Below are positions 45,907 through 56,449 of a stretch of DNA of 64,000 bases, one piece after another. The stretch lies in the IMG/VR virus record IMGVR_UViG_3300009537_002640, positions 124,001-188,000 of that record, one strand, 5' to 3'. The notes under the pieces were generated by a model. It searched no databases and had not been told where the DNA came from. It worked only from the letters and a program-made list of their open reading frames with translations. Positions within the stretch are counted from its first letter, which is position 1, and every line of letters begins with the position of its first letter. Made by a program: the position numbers and the translations under genes.

Positions 45907-48798
45907 TTATACTATATTTTGTGCTACATAACAAACCTTAACTAGATGCACATTAGCATCCTTAGGATATGTATCTGTTCCAGCATCACCCCTACGTACC
46001 AGGTTGACCACTATCAGGTCATCAGTGAGGCTTACATCTCCTGCTGATATCGCAAGGTTGTCTTCTGTACTTTGTAATTCATCAGCTGTTCCTGCCGCAG
46101 TTTGCAGATAATCAACATTTGTAGATGCTGAGGAAGCTAATTCGGTCAAAGCAAGAGATTTGTATTCAAGTCTCCACTCAACATCTCCAGCATCAGCAGT
46201 CTCTGGAGACCATATTACTTCTAGCTCGATGTCACTCAACCCATCCCAATCTGCAGGAACAGGCATTGTCCATTGAGTCCTAGAAGTACTCTTTTCTTTG
46301 TATGCCAGTCCGGGTGTGCCAGAAATATTGGTAACGTTAACTACACCGTTCTTTACGCCGCCGTCTATATCTAGCCACAAGCACTTCTTATATGTAGTGT
46401 CTAGGTTTTCCAGGCTTAGGTCACTTAGATAGCCATCAATTGCCTCAAGGGCAGATTGAACAGTATCATCTGTCATGTCTGGGCCAAACGTTGTGAACAC
46501 AAGGTTGTTAGTTCCAACCAAGTCAGCACCTGCAGTAGCATTGTGCTTTGTAGTTCCACCGGCATCACTCAAGGCAATAACTGTTCCGCCATGGTTCGCA
46601 TTATTTAGGTAGATGTCTGTCCAACCATTAGTTGCATTACCAAGTGAATCAGTGTTATCTGTAGCAGGTATAACATCTGAGCCATTGCCGTCTAGAACAA
46701 CTCCGCCAGCACCATCTAGTGTTAGCGCACCAACCGAAGTGCTGAAGTTTGAAGCAGCATCAGCATCGATACTAACTGGGCCTATGGTATCAACATCCAT
46801 ACCGCCGTCAGCAGTTACTCGGAATTGCTCAGTACCAGCTATAACCACATCGCCATCTACAGCGTTGGTTGTTATTGTTGCATCTCCACCGTCTGCATCA
46901 TTATCATATGCAGTCTGGAGTGTTGTTGCCTGTGATACACCAACTGATAAATACTGGAGATAACCATCAATAGCCTCAAGAGCAGATTGTACTGTATTGT
47001 CAACCATGTCTAATCCGAAGGTCAGACTAAAGTTTTCAAAATTTGTGCCTACTAGATCAGCACCAGCGGTAGTATTATGAGTAGTAGTACTACCAGCTGC
47101 ACTTAGGGCTATAACAGCTCCACCATGTAGCGCATTGTTTAGATATATATCAGTCCAACCATTAGTTGCACTACCCAGGGAATCTGTATTGTCTGATGCA
47201 GGGATTACATTAGAGCCATTGCCGTCTAGAACAACTCCACCGGCACCATCTATAGTGACCGTACCAGCTGTGGTTGTAATATCAGAAGAAGCACCGGCAT
47301 TTACAGTGAATGCGCCAGATAAGCTTGCATCAAATGTTGCACCGTCTTGGTCAAAGTCGCTATCCAAGTCTATACCGCCTGTAGCAGTTACTTGGAACGC
47401 CTCGGTACCAGCTATTACAACATTACCATCTGTAGCATTAGTTGTAATAGTAGCATCCGAACCATTTGGATCATTATCGTATGCCCGCTGTAGTGTTACA
47501 GCATCAACCTCAGCATTGATGAAATCGCTAAAGTCGCTAAAATAAGCATCAATTGCCTCAAGAGCAGACTGGACGGTGTTGTCAAACATATCACCGCCAA
47601 AAGTCTCGAAATTGGTATAATTGGTACCAATCATATCGGCACCAGAGTAATCATTATGTATCTCTGGTCCACCTGTACCAATATCACTCAAATCTAGAGT
47701 CGCCGCATCTTCTGCAAGATATGGCAACGGTCTAAAGGTTTGAGCCTCTGGGGTTACATTGCGGTCTATAGAAATTTCCCATCTGCCCTGAGTATCATCC
47801 CAGTGAAACTCTACGTAACCATCTGAGCCTACTTCCATCTCTATACCGGTTGTGCCAGAGAATGAGGGCTCGGTACCAACATTCAATCGCACTAATCGGT
47901 CTTCAACGAATAGGTCTTCAGTGTTTACTGTAGTGGTGGTACCTTGAACTGTAAGGTCACCATCAATAACCATATCGGAAAGAACTCGAACATCAATTTG
48001 TTCGGGGGAAAGATCACCAAGACGAAGTTCATTAACGCTTGTCTCGGCTCGTAAGAATTCAGAACCAGCTCCTTGGTCAACTACGAAGTCTGAACCAGGA
48101 GATTCTAGTCTGTTTATGATATCACCAGAACTGGTAACCTCAAAAGTAAGATTAGCACTATCTACGGTGAAGTTTGAGTCTAGGTCAGCAGCTATTGTTA
48201 CTGCGCCTACGGTATCTACATCAACACCACTATCAGCTGTAACCCTAAATGCCTCGCTACCAGCGATTACAACGTCGCCGTCTAGTGCATTGGTGGTGAT
48301 TGTTGCATCTCCACCATCATCATCGTTATCATAGGCTTGTTGTAGAGTAGTTGCGCTTAGAGCTGCTACTTGGGAAGCAAACGCGACACGCTCCCATGCA
48401 AAAGCGCCATCAGAGTTTACGTAGAGATAACCATCGTTGTAGTTTGTACCAAATGAACCTTGATTTCCGGCTATAGTGCCATCTGGATTAACATTGAACA
48501 TATGAATATCAATGCCAGTTACCTCATCCTCTAGACTTACAAATGCCTCATTAGCTTTGCTTTCACCTCTAACTAGAACATTGCCGCCATGAACTTCAGC
48601 ATTACCAGCTATGGACAAGTATCCGTCACTGGTGCCTACTATAACGCCAACGTTGTCAGAGTCCAAGACACGAAATTCGGTGCCGCCGCCCGAGTCGCCG
48701 AGTTTTATCTCAATATTTTGGACTTCAACATTCCAATCATTGGTTTCTACGTCGCGGTTAAAACCCTGTTGTACCGCATTTTCATAATCAAAAGCCAT
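45907..48798 (-). CDS. Repeat-containing fibre protein
   Basis: 963 aa; three repeats starting 'TLQxAYDND..G.DATITTNA.DG.VVIAG' and ending 'TVQSALEAID(G/A)Y'; 'GDLTVQGTTTTVNTEDLFVEDRLVRLN' fibre motif. Confidence 0.65.
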   Translation of the reverse strand: MAFDYENAVQQGFNRDVETNDWNVEVQNIEIKLGDSGGGTEFRVLDSDNVGVIVGTSDGYLSIAGNAEVHGGNVLVRGESKANEAFVSLEDEVTGIDIHMFNVNPDGTIAGNQGSFGTNYNDGYLYVNSDGAFAWERVAFASQVAALSATTLQQAYDNDDDGGDATITTNALDGDVVIAGSEAFRVTADSGVDVDTVGAVTIAADLDSNFTVDSANLTFEVTSSGDIINRLESPGSDFVVDQGAGSEFLRAETSVNELRLGDLSPEQIDVRVLSDMVIDGDLTVQGTTTTVNTEDLFVEDRLVRLNVGTEPSFSGTTGIEMEVGSDGYVEFHWDDTQGRWEISIDRNVTPEAQTFRPLPYLAEDAATLDLSDIGTGGPEIHNDYSGADMIGTNYTNFETFGGDMFDNTVQSALEAIDAYFSDFSDFINAEVDAVTLQRAYDNDPNGSDATITTNATDGNVVIAGTEAFQVTATGGIDLDSDFDQDGATFDASLSGAFTVNAGASSDITTTAGTVTIDGAGGVVLDGNGSNVIPASDNTDSLGSATNGWTDIYLNNALHGGAVIALSAAGSTTTHNTTAGADLVGTNFENFSLTFGLDMVDNTVQSALEAIDGYLQYLSVGVSQATTLQTAYDNDADGGDATITTNAVDGDVVIAGTEQFRVTADGGMDVDTIGPVSIDADAASNFSTSVGALTLDGAGGVVLDGNGSDVIPATDNTDSLGNATNGWTDIYLNNANHGGTVIALSDAGGTTKHNATAGADLVGTNNLVFTTFGPDMTDDTVQSALEAIDGYLSDLSLENLDTTYKKCLWLDIDGGVKNGVVNVTNISGTPGLAYKEKSTSRTQWTMPVPADWDGLSDIELEVIWSPETADAGDVEWRLEYKSLALTELASSASTNVDYLQTAAGTADELQSTEDNLAISAGDVSLTDDLIVVNLVRRGDAGTDTYPKDANVHLVKVCYVAQNIV
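46420..48355 (-). repeat. Three imperfect tandem coding repeats inside the 963-aa fibre
   Basis: Near-identical DNA blocks, e.g. 'gagccattgccgtctagaacaactcc' near 46680 and 47212. Confidence 0.85.
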
Positions 48799-48817
48799 TT
48801 GAAAGCCTCCGTTGAGT

Positions 48818-49756
48818 TTACTCTATTCCTCTTCCTGTGTATTCCATTCTAACCAAGCCCACTTGTGCTGCAGCTCCGTATGTATCGCTGCCATCGTGTA
48901 CTCTCTCTACGTTTATTATTAGAATGTCACCAGCATTTATATCTAATGATGATATAGCTAAATTTTGCCCCGTATCGGTTAGCCTATTTGCTACTCCCGG
49001 GGACGCTTGAACAAATGAAACCGAAGTCATAGTGCTATCTACATCATCAGAATCACTTGTAAGGGATCTATATCGGATATTCCAGTGTACATCTCCTGCG
49101 CTTGCATTTCTCGGAGACCAGAATACCTTGACGACTATATCTGTCCCGAACACATAATCCTCTGGAACAGATGCAGAGTATCTCACTCTGCCTACGCCGC
49201 TGGGTTTGTCTAAAAATCCAAGAACTGGGGAATCATTTACATGGCCTATTTGAACATTGCCATTTTTCATGCCTCCAAATATATCAAAATCCTTATATTT
49301 GGAGAGGTCTTGACCAACACTAAAGCTGAGGTTTGCTACATATGCATCTAGTGACTCCAGGGCCTCTTGAACCGTATCTCCTTCTGCAAGGAAAGAGTTA
49401 GAGTCGTCATAGAGTACCTGGTAGCCATCTATCAGTCCATTTATAGATGCCCGCTCATCAATAACTTCCAGCACTATGCCGCTTGCTATTTCTACCCGAG
49501 CTATCTTGGTGCTGAGAGTAGGAAAACCAGTGGTATTATCTAATACCAGCTGGTCATACTCATCTAGATAAACATAAAATGTAGCCGTTGCCCCGACCCA
49601 GCTCGGATCAGACACATTCACAATGCCAGCAAAAGTCTTCCCGCTAGCGTAATTGCCGCCAGCGATATTTATCGCGTCGGCGCTAGCGTAGGACTTGGTA
49701 GCACGGAGGGCATCAAAATGCCCCTGTAACTGTCCTGAAGTGGGTTTATTGGTCAT
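48818..49756 (-). CDS. Virion protein whose C-terminal beta-sandwich is paralogous to that of the 963-aa fibre
   Basis: Shared 'VPxD...WSP...AGDVxW...YxSL...NLAIS..D...D...NxxR...DTY' pattern. Confidence 0.6.
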   Translation of the reverse strand: MTNKPTSGQLQGHFDALRATKSYASADAINIAGGNYASGKTFAGIVNVSDPSWVGATATFYVYLDEYDQLVLDNTTGFPTLSTKIARVEIASGIVLEVIDERASINGLIDGYQVLYDDSNSFLAEGDTVQEALESLDAYVANLSFSVGQDLSKYKDFDIFGGMKNGNVQIGHVNDSPVLGFLDKPSGVGRVRYSASVPEDYVFGTDIVVKVFWSPRNASAGDVHWNIRYRSLTSDSDDVDSTMTSVSFVQASPGVANRLTDTGQNLAISSLDINAGDILIINVERVHDGSDTYGAAAQVGLVRMEYTGRGIE

Positions 49757-49794
49757 AGATTCGCCTTAGACCACGGCCCTTATCTATACCGTGG

Positions 49795-49805
49795 ATTATT
49801 AATAG
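49795..49805 (-). promoter_or_regulatory. Putative late promoter motif CTATTAATAAT followed by a CCACGG/CCGTGG leader hairpin
   Basis: TA(C/T)TAATA copy about 40 nt upstream of ATG 49756; inverted repeat at 49771-49794. Confidence 0.55.
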
Positions 49806-49836
49806 AATTATCCCTGTATTAAATTGTACTTAGGCA

Positions 49837-50052
49837 TTATGAGATGCCTTCAATGCTCTTAATTGCTGTCACGTAGCCATCAAAAAAATCATCTACAGTA
49901 TCAGTAAAAACCGGTGTATCTACATTGAGATGAACTGTCTTAGCTAACGCCGGGTCACCATCATCACAAACCCTGTATACAAATTTCGCTGAATTGGCGC
50001 CATTTTCATCGCCCAATATAACCAATCTTACTGATTCTAGTTGCTTAGCCAT
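49837..50052 (-). CDS. Small virion protein
   Basis: 71 aa, GGAGG RBS, contains DGY. Confidence 0.55.
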   Translation of the reverse strand: MAKQLESVRLVILGDENGANSAKFVYRVCDDGDPALAKTVHLNVDTPVFTDTVDDFFDGYVTAIKSIEGIS

Positions 50053-50075
50053 CGCTTAAATCCTCCTGATATTTA

Positions 50076-51869
50076 TTATGTTAATGTAGTGGAATATGTA
50101 GTTCCACTAATCCTTACTTTTAACTCCCGTGTTCCGCCGTTATCTGTTATCCAAACATCGCCGTCTTCTAGCGTTGTTGGGTCAGAAGCAAAAACTGGGA
50201 CATTGAGTGGGGCCAATTCTGTATCAGCTCCTGCTCGAATCTTATTAGCTACCTCAAACTCCTCAGCTACATATCCATCTCCCTGCACATATAGCTTGGC
50301 GCTTGGGTTATTTACGCCTATACCCAAATTGCCAACACTGGTTAGGCGTATATGCTCAGTAAAAACACCATCGTCCATCAGCTCAATTGCCAGATAGGTA
50401 TTCTCTGACGAATCGGTAGCATCCTCTGTGCCTGAAGTAATCCTACTGGCATTAAACAAGGCACCACCAGTATTCTCCAATCTGGTGAGTATGCCTGAGC
50501 CAATCCCGGTTAAAGCACCTATAGGGTGAGAGGTAGTTCTCTCTACAATGGTAGAATCTACTACTGTGCTTCTACTTGCTGTATCTTTCTGTATCAACAG
50601 AGTAGACTTAGTTTCATCGATTGATTTAACCCTCAATCCCTCTGCAGCTCCCTCATGATTCACATCCAGGGTGGGAGTTGGGTTGGTGCCTGCACTTGTT
50701 CTCAATCTTAATGCAGAGCCAGTTGTTAAAGTCTGAGTAAACCTTATTTGGCCGTCGTCTACTGTTATGTTTTTAGCACCACTTGGACTATTATCGTAAG
50801 CGTTCTGTAGGTTGGTTGTTCCTCCACCTCCTCCGCCTAGAGAGCCGGGAAGAATCATAACATCAACTACAGCATCATAATCTACATTATCGGCGAACTC
50901 TATACTGGTAGTATCTCTTTCCACATAACATTGTGGAGAGAACTGAGCGACACCATTCAGGAAGACCAATAACCTATCTTTGCCTAATGGATATTCATAG
51001 CCGTCCAGAGTGTATACTGTATTAAATGGAGTATTATCTGCATCGGAACCATACTTTCTGATATGGTATACTTGTCCAGTAATCCCTATGCTCTGCAGAT
51101 ACCCATCAATCTCTGTTATGGCATCCTGGACATTGTTGGCAAAGATAATGCTGTTGCCAGAATCATCATAACCTATTTGATACGCATCTATATCTACTCT
51201 AAGCTCAGGACAATCTTCAGTTGGTACAACTATCAGACCGTCGCCAGCTATACTCTGAATATCCAGAGATACCTGAGTATATCCTTCAACCGTCTCTACG
51301 TTTATATTACATCCAGCTATAACTTCGTAGCCATCCCCACTGCCTCCTTGGTGAGGGCCTACTCCGAACGCTACCAAATCTGGGTCTAAGTCTTCAGGAG
51401 CAAACTTAAGGAACTCTCTGATGGGCGCCCAGGCATAAGTTATTTGAGTCCTAAACCCAGGAGTGGTTACAACCGGTGTATAGGTCTTAATCTGAAATGT
51501 CTTATAGTTTATAGCATACTGGCCAGCAGAAGTAAGTGTTGTAGCAAAATCTACTTCGGTGGCAAATATAGCTGCTGCAGTAACACCAGCATCTTCGCTG
51601 GTAAACGTAACAGATGTGGTTTGTCCACCAGTAGCACCGCCTATATCATCTCTAGCAGCATTTAACACGCTGCCTTCTTCAGTTAGGCCAGCTCCCGGGC
51701 CGCGCTGTAGGGTTATCAATGAACCAGGTGGCAAGGATACAATATCAGCGGCAGTGACTAATTCAAGAGTCACTTCCTCTACGATACGCTCATCACCACT
51801 ATGTTGGTGTCCGGTTCGAGCAGCAACTCGCTCTAAACGAACAACCCTGGTATCATTAATAACGGTCAT
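50076..51869 (-). CDS. Fibre/structural protein
   Basis: 597 aa; 'NVQDAITEIDGY', 'LLVFLNGVAQ', 'TNLQNAYDN', 'GNLGIGVNNPSAKLYVQG' and C-terminal 'SDPTTLEDGDVW'. Confidence 0.6.
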   Translation of the reverse strand: MTVINDTRVVRLERVAARTGHQHSGDERIVEEVTLELVTAADIVSLPPGSLITLQRGPGAGLTEEGSVLNAARDDIGGATGGQTTSVTFTSEDAGVTAAAIFATEVDFATTLTSAGQYAINYKTFQIKTYTPVVTTPGFRTQITYAWAPIREFLKFAPEDLDPDLVAFGVGPHQGGSGDGYEVIAGCNINVETVEGYTQVSLDIQSIAGDGLIVVPTEDCPELRVDIDAYQIGYDDSGNSIIFANNVQDAITEIDGYLQSIGITGQVYHIRKYGSDADNTPFNTVYTLDGYEYPLGKDRLLVFLNGVAQFSPQCYVERDTTSIEFADNVDYDAVVDVMILPGSLGGGGGGTTNLQNAYDNSPSGAKNITVDDGQIRFTQTLTTGSALRLRTSAGTNPTPTLDVNHEGAAEGLRVKSIDETKSTLLIQKDTASRSTVVDSTIVERTTSHPIGALTGIGSGILTRLENTGGALFNASRITSGTEDATDSSENTYLAIELMDDGVFTEHIRLTSVGNLGIGVNNPSAKLYVQGDGYVAEEFEVANKIRAGADTELAPLNVPVFASDPTTLEDGDVWITDNGGTRELKVRISGTTYSTTLT

Positions 51870-51875
51870 CTAAGT

Positions 51876-52085
51876 TTACACCTTTTTCAGAACACTGCAG
51901 TTTATCTTTATCATCTCCCCGCAGTCAAACCTAACGCGAGTCCAACTTCTTTTGTCTCCCATGAGATTTAATACTATACTGCTGCACTCACAAAAACATC
52001 TATGTCTGTGTAGTTCAACATACTTCTCCTCTGTTATTTCCACAGGAGCATTCTTTTTCATTTCTACAAGAGGATGCTTAGACAT
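51876..52085 (-). CDS. Small Cys-rich (putative zinc-binding) protein
   Basis: 69 aa, 'HRCFCEC...DCG...NC', GGAG RBS. Confidence 0.5.
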   Translation of the reverse strand: MSKHPLVEMKKNAPVEITEEKYVELHRHRCFCECSSIVLNLMGDKRSWTRVRFDCGEMIKINCSVLKKV

Positions 52086-52094
52086 AGTAACTCC

Positions 52095-55000
52095 TTATGT
52101 TAAGTACGCCAATGCAATCATATCTACCTGTGGCGCCTTACCAGATGCATTGGTTGTTAACGTTATCTCTATATAGATGTCTTTATCTATAATATCTGTA
52201 GCTGGAGGGTCGAACGCTATGTTGATATCCTTATTCTTGCCAAACTTAAAACCAGATTGAGGGGATACTTCGAAGTCAGTGGTTAAGTACCAGTTGGCAT
52301 TTGTGTGTGGAGGAATAGCTGCATAAGGATCATCTGTGCTTATACGAATATCTATCTGGCTACTATTATTACCCAAGTCAAATCTAGTGGAATTTTGGTC
52401 CCAGTCAGCAGGAGCTGTAATATTAACATTCCTATACGATGTACCAGCAGCAAATCCAAAGACCATAAATCGTATATTGGACCCCTGAACTCCTGTAGGA
52501 TTAGTGGTCAGTCTTATCCTCTTGCTGCGCCACACATATTTGGCAGTGCTAGCTCCAGTAGGATTAGCTTCAGTTCCCCCGTGTGAATTAGGAACACTTA
52601 TTTTAGAGCCCCAGAAGTTTGCAGCGAACAAATCAACTCCAACCGTACCAGTATTGTTCTCTGTAAGCTGGTCATTAGATAGGTGCTGCGAAAAAGCCTC
52701 TGGATTAGCCAGATCTATAAGCGTCAAGTTAGTAAAAGCACCATCGTTCACATAGGCCACAATACCATTGTTGGCATCCCAAGCTTGTATTTCAGCGTCT
52801 GTAACTCCTAAAGGAACAGCACGGGCATTTTGAGCGACAGTAAATTGAGATAAACTACCTCCGTCACAGAATATAGTGCCATTAGAGCCGTCTACCTCAG
52901 AGCCACGAACAGTTCTATATACAGCTGAAGAGTTATCATCTACAATGCGAATCCTTCTGTTTATCATAAACGCTCTAAATGAATCAGAAGATACCTGAAA
53001 TGCACCACCTGAAGTTCCATCAGTAATAAATGCAATCTCACTAGCAATGTTATCTATACCATTTGCTGATAATACATCTTCATTAGTTGCCTCGTCGTAA
53101 CAGGTTGAGGCTTCAGTAACAGTGGCATCATTTCCAGTAGCATGGAAAATGGACGCTCTGCCGATAGCTCTTCCTTGGTCATCATTTCTGGTACTTCCAA
53201 GATTGGTAACAAATGGGCCTCTATACTGAAAAGTATCTAGCTGTGGAATAGCTACAGCCGAACTCGCTCCCCAAGGAGAGGCATCAAAGGTACACGAATC
53301 TCCTGCGTCTATAGGGGCATTCATTCTGACCGTGACGTATACGTTTTCTCCATGCCTTGTAAGAATATCATTGGCTGTTATGCTCTGAACACCGGAACTA
53401 AAGTTATGTTCGCATGCTTGTTCAGTATTGTCCTGGTTGTCTGCATCGTCATCCATTACATTGTAGCCGTCGTAACCGTCGTTCAGATATCCATCGATAA
53501 TATCTACGTCTATTTGAACATCTAAGATTTCTGGCGGAACTACATCTATACAGAACTCCTCATCATTATTATCAATAGGGTCTGCATCCAGCGGCAACTT
53601 ATGGCTACAGTTTATAGCGGTATGCAAAATAAACTCTGTGCACCCACTTGTATCAGGAGGATTGCTCACTGTCAAAGTAGCTGTAAACGTATCACCTGGA
53701 AGTGAGCCACTTAATGGAGACAGAGTTCCTTTATTTGGGTCGGCTATAGTTATTTCTGGAAGCTCACTCAAACAATCATTAAAAATGAATCTTACTCCAT
53801 GAGTTCCATCACATAGAATTGGAGAGGTTAGGTTGTATGCACCCGTATTATCTCTTCGCCATCTAATAGAACTAATCCTAGGCGGCGTATCATCTAATCT
53901 AATCTGTAAGTTTCTGGTAGTTTCTGAACAGTTAGATTGCTTTCTCGCCCTAATTCTAAAATTGGTAGTTGTGAGAGAAGTGCACCCCTGGTTTTCTTCA
54001 ATGCCAGAGGCGCCTAGATCCCACGTTATCTTCTTATTCACCGCATAAACGGTAGGGTCAGGAATAGTGAACCTACCGTTCGGCGAGGAATAAAGAATTT
54101 CGGTGAAGTCAGAGACATCCATGTAGGCATCTACTGACTCCCCGAACTTAAGGCAGAACTGGCCAGCTGGGTAAATTAAGTCGAGGCTCTCATCAAATGA
54201 TTCGATTACGGGAAAATCGTTATCAAATAATACTAGAGCATCGCCCACTGTAGAAGTACTTTCATTGGCTATATTGCCAAGGAAATCTTCAGCGGTTACA
54301 TTAATGTCGGCGTACCCATTGGGCTGGCCAGTTCTTGCCACAACTGTCCCCGTCCAGATGCCCGAGCCAGGAGAAGTCTCGGTTAAGGCAACAGTTGATT
54401 GTATTGCATCACCTGCATCGACATCTACAGATGTAGCTAATGCGTATCCATCCGTGCTGGTTGTGACGGTGACGTCAAAGCTTTGTCCAGCTCGCACGGC
54501 GGTTTGTTGAGTACCTGTAAAAGCACAAATGGGGTACTCGAATGTTATGCTTATTATATTAGGCCCTAAGGTGCGTCTCTCTACTACGATGGTCTTAGTG
54601 TCATTAGTGTGACTTCCCCCAAATATGAAATAGAAATATCCATCAGGGAAACCATCTACAGAATCAAATTCTGGGTCATCGAAACTAAATACTCCGGTAG
54701 TAAATTGAACCTCGCCATCCTTGCGATTGCCAGAGATAAATGTCTCGGTAGCAGTCGCGACCTCTTCAAATAAAAATTCGCCCTCAGTCAACACGGTGGT
54801 CGGCTGAAGGCTGTCGATTAGTGTAGCGTTCTTAAGAACGGTATATGTAATTGTGGGAAGAGGCTCACCGTCTATGGTGTGCCTTAGAGTTACGCCCCTT
54901 ATTTCTAGGTCGCCTGAACCCATAACAAATTGGTTAAAGCCATACCTTGTGATGGAGCCGGAAGTTGCTGGGCCCGCAACATTGCCTAAGGTTCCTGAGC

Positions 55001-55682
55001 CTGCGCCAGAAACCTCTAATTCATCTACTTCTATAAAGGGATAGTAGCCATCTCCGGAAGAGACAACTATTGTGTCGCCGTCACCATCTGTTAACTCAGT
55101 CCAACTGCGCTCTACACCAAACGGATCTACAAAGTAGAACTCGTCATTCTTGATATAGATACCACCTTTACCAAGTTCAAATGGGTTGGTGTCAAGGTTA
55201 GGAAGAACTAGACCATCGCCTAATTCTAATTGACAGGCGATATAAGCATCGCCTAATACCTGGAGCGCAAGTCCACAAGGGCTCGCATGCTCTACAGATA
55301 GAACGGGCTCGTCAAAGAATTCGTCTGATACACTAAATTGCACTAGAGGAAGCGCAGGAGAAGGGTTGGAAGAGAACACACTAAGGCCCCTTCCGATGTT
55401 TTCGGAATTATCAATATCTACTGCAGCATCAGCGGTAGATGTATTTCCAGTTTGTTGTACGAAAAGAGCAGAGCCAGTGCCTGCGTTGATAAGAGTAAAG
55501 ACATCTCCAGCACCAGTGCCGGTCTTATTAATACCAGACGCAGGAGATGTTAAAGTACGAATCGCCGTAGTGATCAGATACTGTGGATGGTCATCATCCA
55601 ATAATCCCGTCAGTAAACCATGATCATTATAACCGTCACCGCCCGTGCCTCCCGTAAAACGTCTGCCGACAAACTTAGACAC
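52095..55682 (-). CDS. Large virion protein with Ig-like domains
   Basis: 1195 aa, GTG start with GGAG RBS; 'DHGLLTGLLDDDHPQY' motif; Ig-like linkers 'DNDFPVI', 'DDTPPRI', 'DVVPPEI'. Confidence 0.6.
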   Translation of the reverse strand: MSKFVGRRFTGGTGGDGYNDHGLLTGLLDDDHPQYLITTAIRTLTSPASGINKTGTGAGDVFTLINAGTGSALFVQQTGNTSTADAAVDIDNSENIGRGLSVFSSNPSPALPLVQFSVSDEFFDEPVLSVEHASPCGLALQVLGDAYIACQLELGDGLVLPNLDTNPFELGKGGIYIKNDEFYFVDPFGVERSWTELTDGDGDTIVVSSGDGYYPFIEVDELEVSGAGSGTLGNVAGPATSGSITRYGFNQFVMGSGDLEIRGVTLRHTIDGEPLPTITYTVLKNATLIDSLQPTTVLTEGEFLFEEVATATETFISGNRKDGEVQFTTGVFSFDDPEFDSVDGFPDGYFYFIFGGSHTNDTKTIVVERRTLGPNIISITFEYPICAFTGTQQTAVRAGQSFDVTVTTSTDGYALATSVDVDAGDAIQSTVALTETSPGSGIWTGTVVARTGQPNGYADINVTAEDFLGNIANESTSTVGDALVLFDNDFPVIESFDESLDLIYPAGQFCLKFGESVDAYMDVSDFTEILYSSPNGRFTIPDPTVYAVNKKITWDLGASGIEENQGCTSLTTTNFRIRARKQSNCSETTRNLQIRLDDTPPRISSIRWRRDNTGAYNLTSPILCDGTHGVRFIFNDCLSELPEITIADPNKGTLSPLSGSLPGDTFTATLTVSNPPDTSGCTEFILHTAINCSHKLPLDADPIDNNDEEFCIDVVPPEILDVQIDVDIIDGYLNDGYDGYNVMDDDADNQDNTEQACEHNFSSGVQSITANDILTRHGENVYVTVRMNAPIDAGDSCTFDASPWGASSAVAIPQLDTFQYRGPFVTNLGSTRNDDQGRAIGRASIFHATGNDATVTEASTCYDEATNEDVLSANGIDNIASEIAFITDGTSGGAFQVSSDSFRAFMINRRIRIVDDNSSAVYRTVRGSEVDGSNGTIFCDGGSLSQFTVAQNARAVPLGVTDAEIQAWDANNGIVAYVNDGAFTNLTLIDLANPEAFSQHLSNDQLTENNTGTVGVDLFAANFWGSKISVPNSHGGTEANPTGASTAKYVWRSKRIRLTTNPTGVQGSNIRFMVFGFAAGTSYRNVNITAPADWDQNSTRFDLGNNSSQIDIRISTDDPYAAIPPHTNANWYLTTDFEVSPQSGFKFGKNKDINIAFDPPATDIIDKDIYIEITLTTNASGKAPQVDMIALAYLT

Positions 55683-55702
55683 GCTATTTTCTCCTGTTTA
55701 TA

Positions 55703-56014
55703 TTATGCCTGGTGTCTCCATGCCTCTACTCTAACGAGTACAGGATCGCCTGGTGTAGCCCTCCGAAACCACACTTTGTTTTGAAATCTGTTATCAAAGA
55801 CTATCCCTTCGCTGGGCCTGAGCGGAGTCATATCTCCGTGTACAGTTGTCCCATCGAAAGAATATTGAATTACATCAGCCTGGTTATCACTTTCTACCAT
55901 CAGTGCTATTCCCACCGAGGTAAAATTCCAACCAACTCTGTGGTCAGAAAATGAAGTTGAGCTGACGTATAGTTTGTCAAAGAAATTGATGTCTTTGCGC
56001 CGATTAGTCGCCAT
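55703..56014 (-). CDS. Small beta-rich virion protein
   Basis: 103 aa, 'IQYSFDGTTVHG...KVWFR', GGAGG RBS. Confidence 0.55.
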   Translation of the reverse strand: MATNRRKDINFFDKLYVSSTSFSDHRVGWNFTSVGIALMVESDNQADVIQYSFDGTTVHGDMTPLRPSEGIVFDNRFQNKVWFRRATPGDPVLVRVEAWRHQA

Positions 56015-56068
56015 TGACTAAACCTCCTGTAAAAGCTGGACACACTTATAGGGTTCAATAAAGGCGAA

Positions 56069-56079
56069 AATATTAGTAT
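56069..56079 (-). promoter_or_regulatory. Putative late promoter motif ATACTAATATT
   Basis: TA(C/T)TAATA copy about 55 nt upstream of ATG 56014, where structural genes resume. Confidence 0.6.
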
Positions 56080-56125
56080 ATGCGGGAAGGTAAAATAAGG
56101 TAGGACGAGCCACAAAGACTCGTTA

Positions 56126-56449
56126 TTATTGAGGTAATTGGGATATTTTAGCTATTAAATAGTCTTCATAAAACTGCTCTAATCTGGTAGGTTTGTATAT
56201 TTGTCCGGTCTCGGCAAACCCTAAACCCATATCGGTAGTTATAGACTTTTCGACTAAATAACTATCTATTGGCTTGCTGTAGTCTATAAAATCGATGGAG
56301 TTTAACTGTTTGAACCAAGGATACATGTTTATAACTACTCTCATACTCAGTGATGACTCTAGGCTTACCACAACCCTGGTGCTTGTGTCCAGCTCTACAC
56401 GCCACCAGTGCAAATCGGTGCACTTCTCTAGGATATCAGATGCCCTCAT
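56126..56449 (-). CDS. Hypothetical protein
   Basis: 107-aa ORF overlapping the upstream gene by 14 nt. Confidence 0.5.
   Translation of the reverse strand: MRASDILEKCTDLHWWRVELDTSTRVVVSLESSLSMRVVINMYPWFKQLNSIDFIDYSKPIDSYLVEKSITTDMGLGFAETGQIYKPTRLEQFYEDYLIAKISQLPQ

Noticed and set aside
55906-56115. Small minus-strand ORFs overlapping real genes (55906..56115, 26866..27117, 27706..27894)
   Set aside because: Out-of-frame overlaps with better-supported genes; the first also spans a promoter motif.
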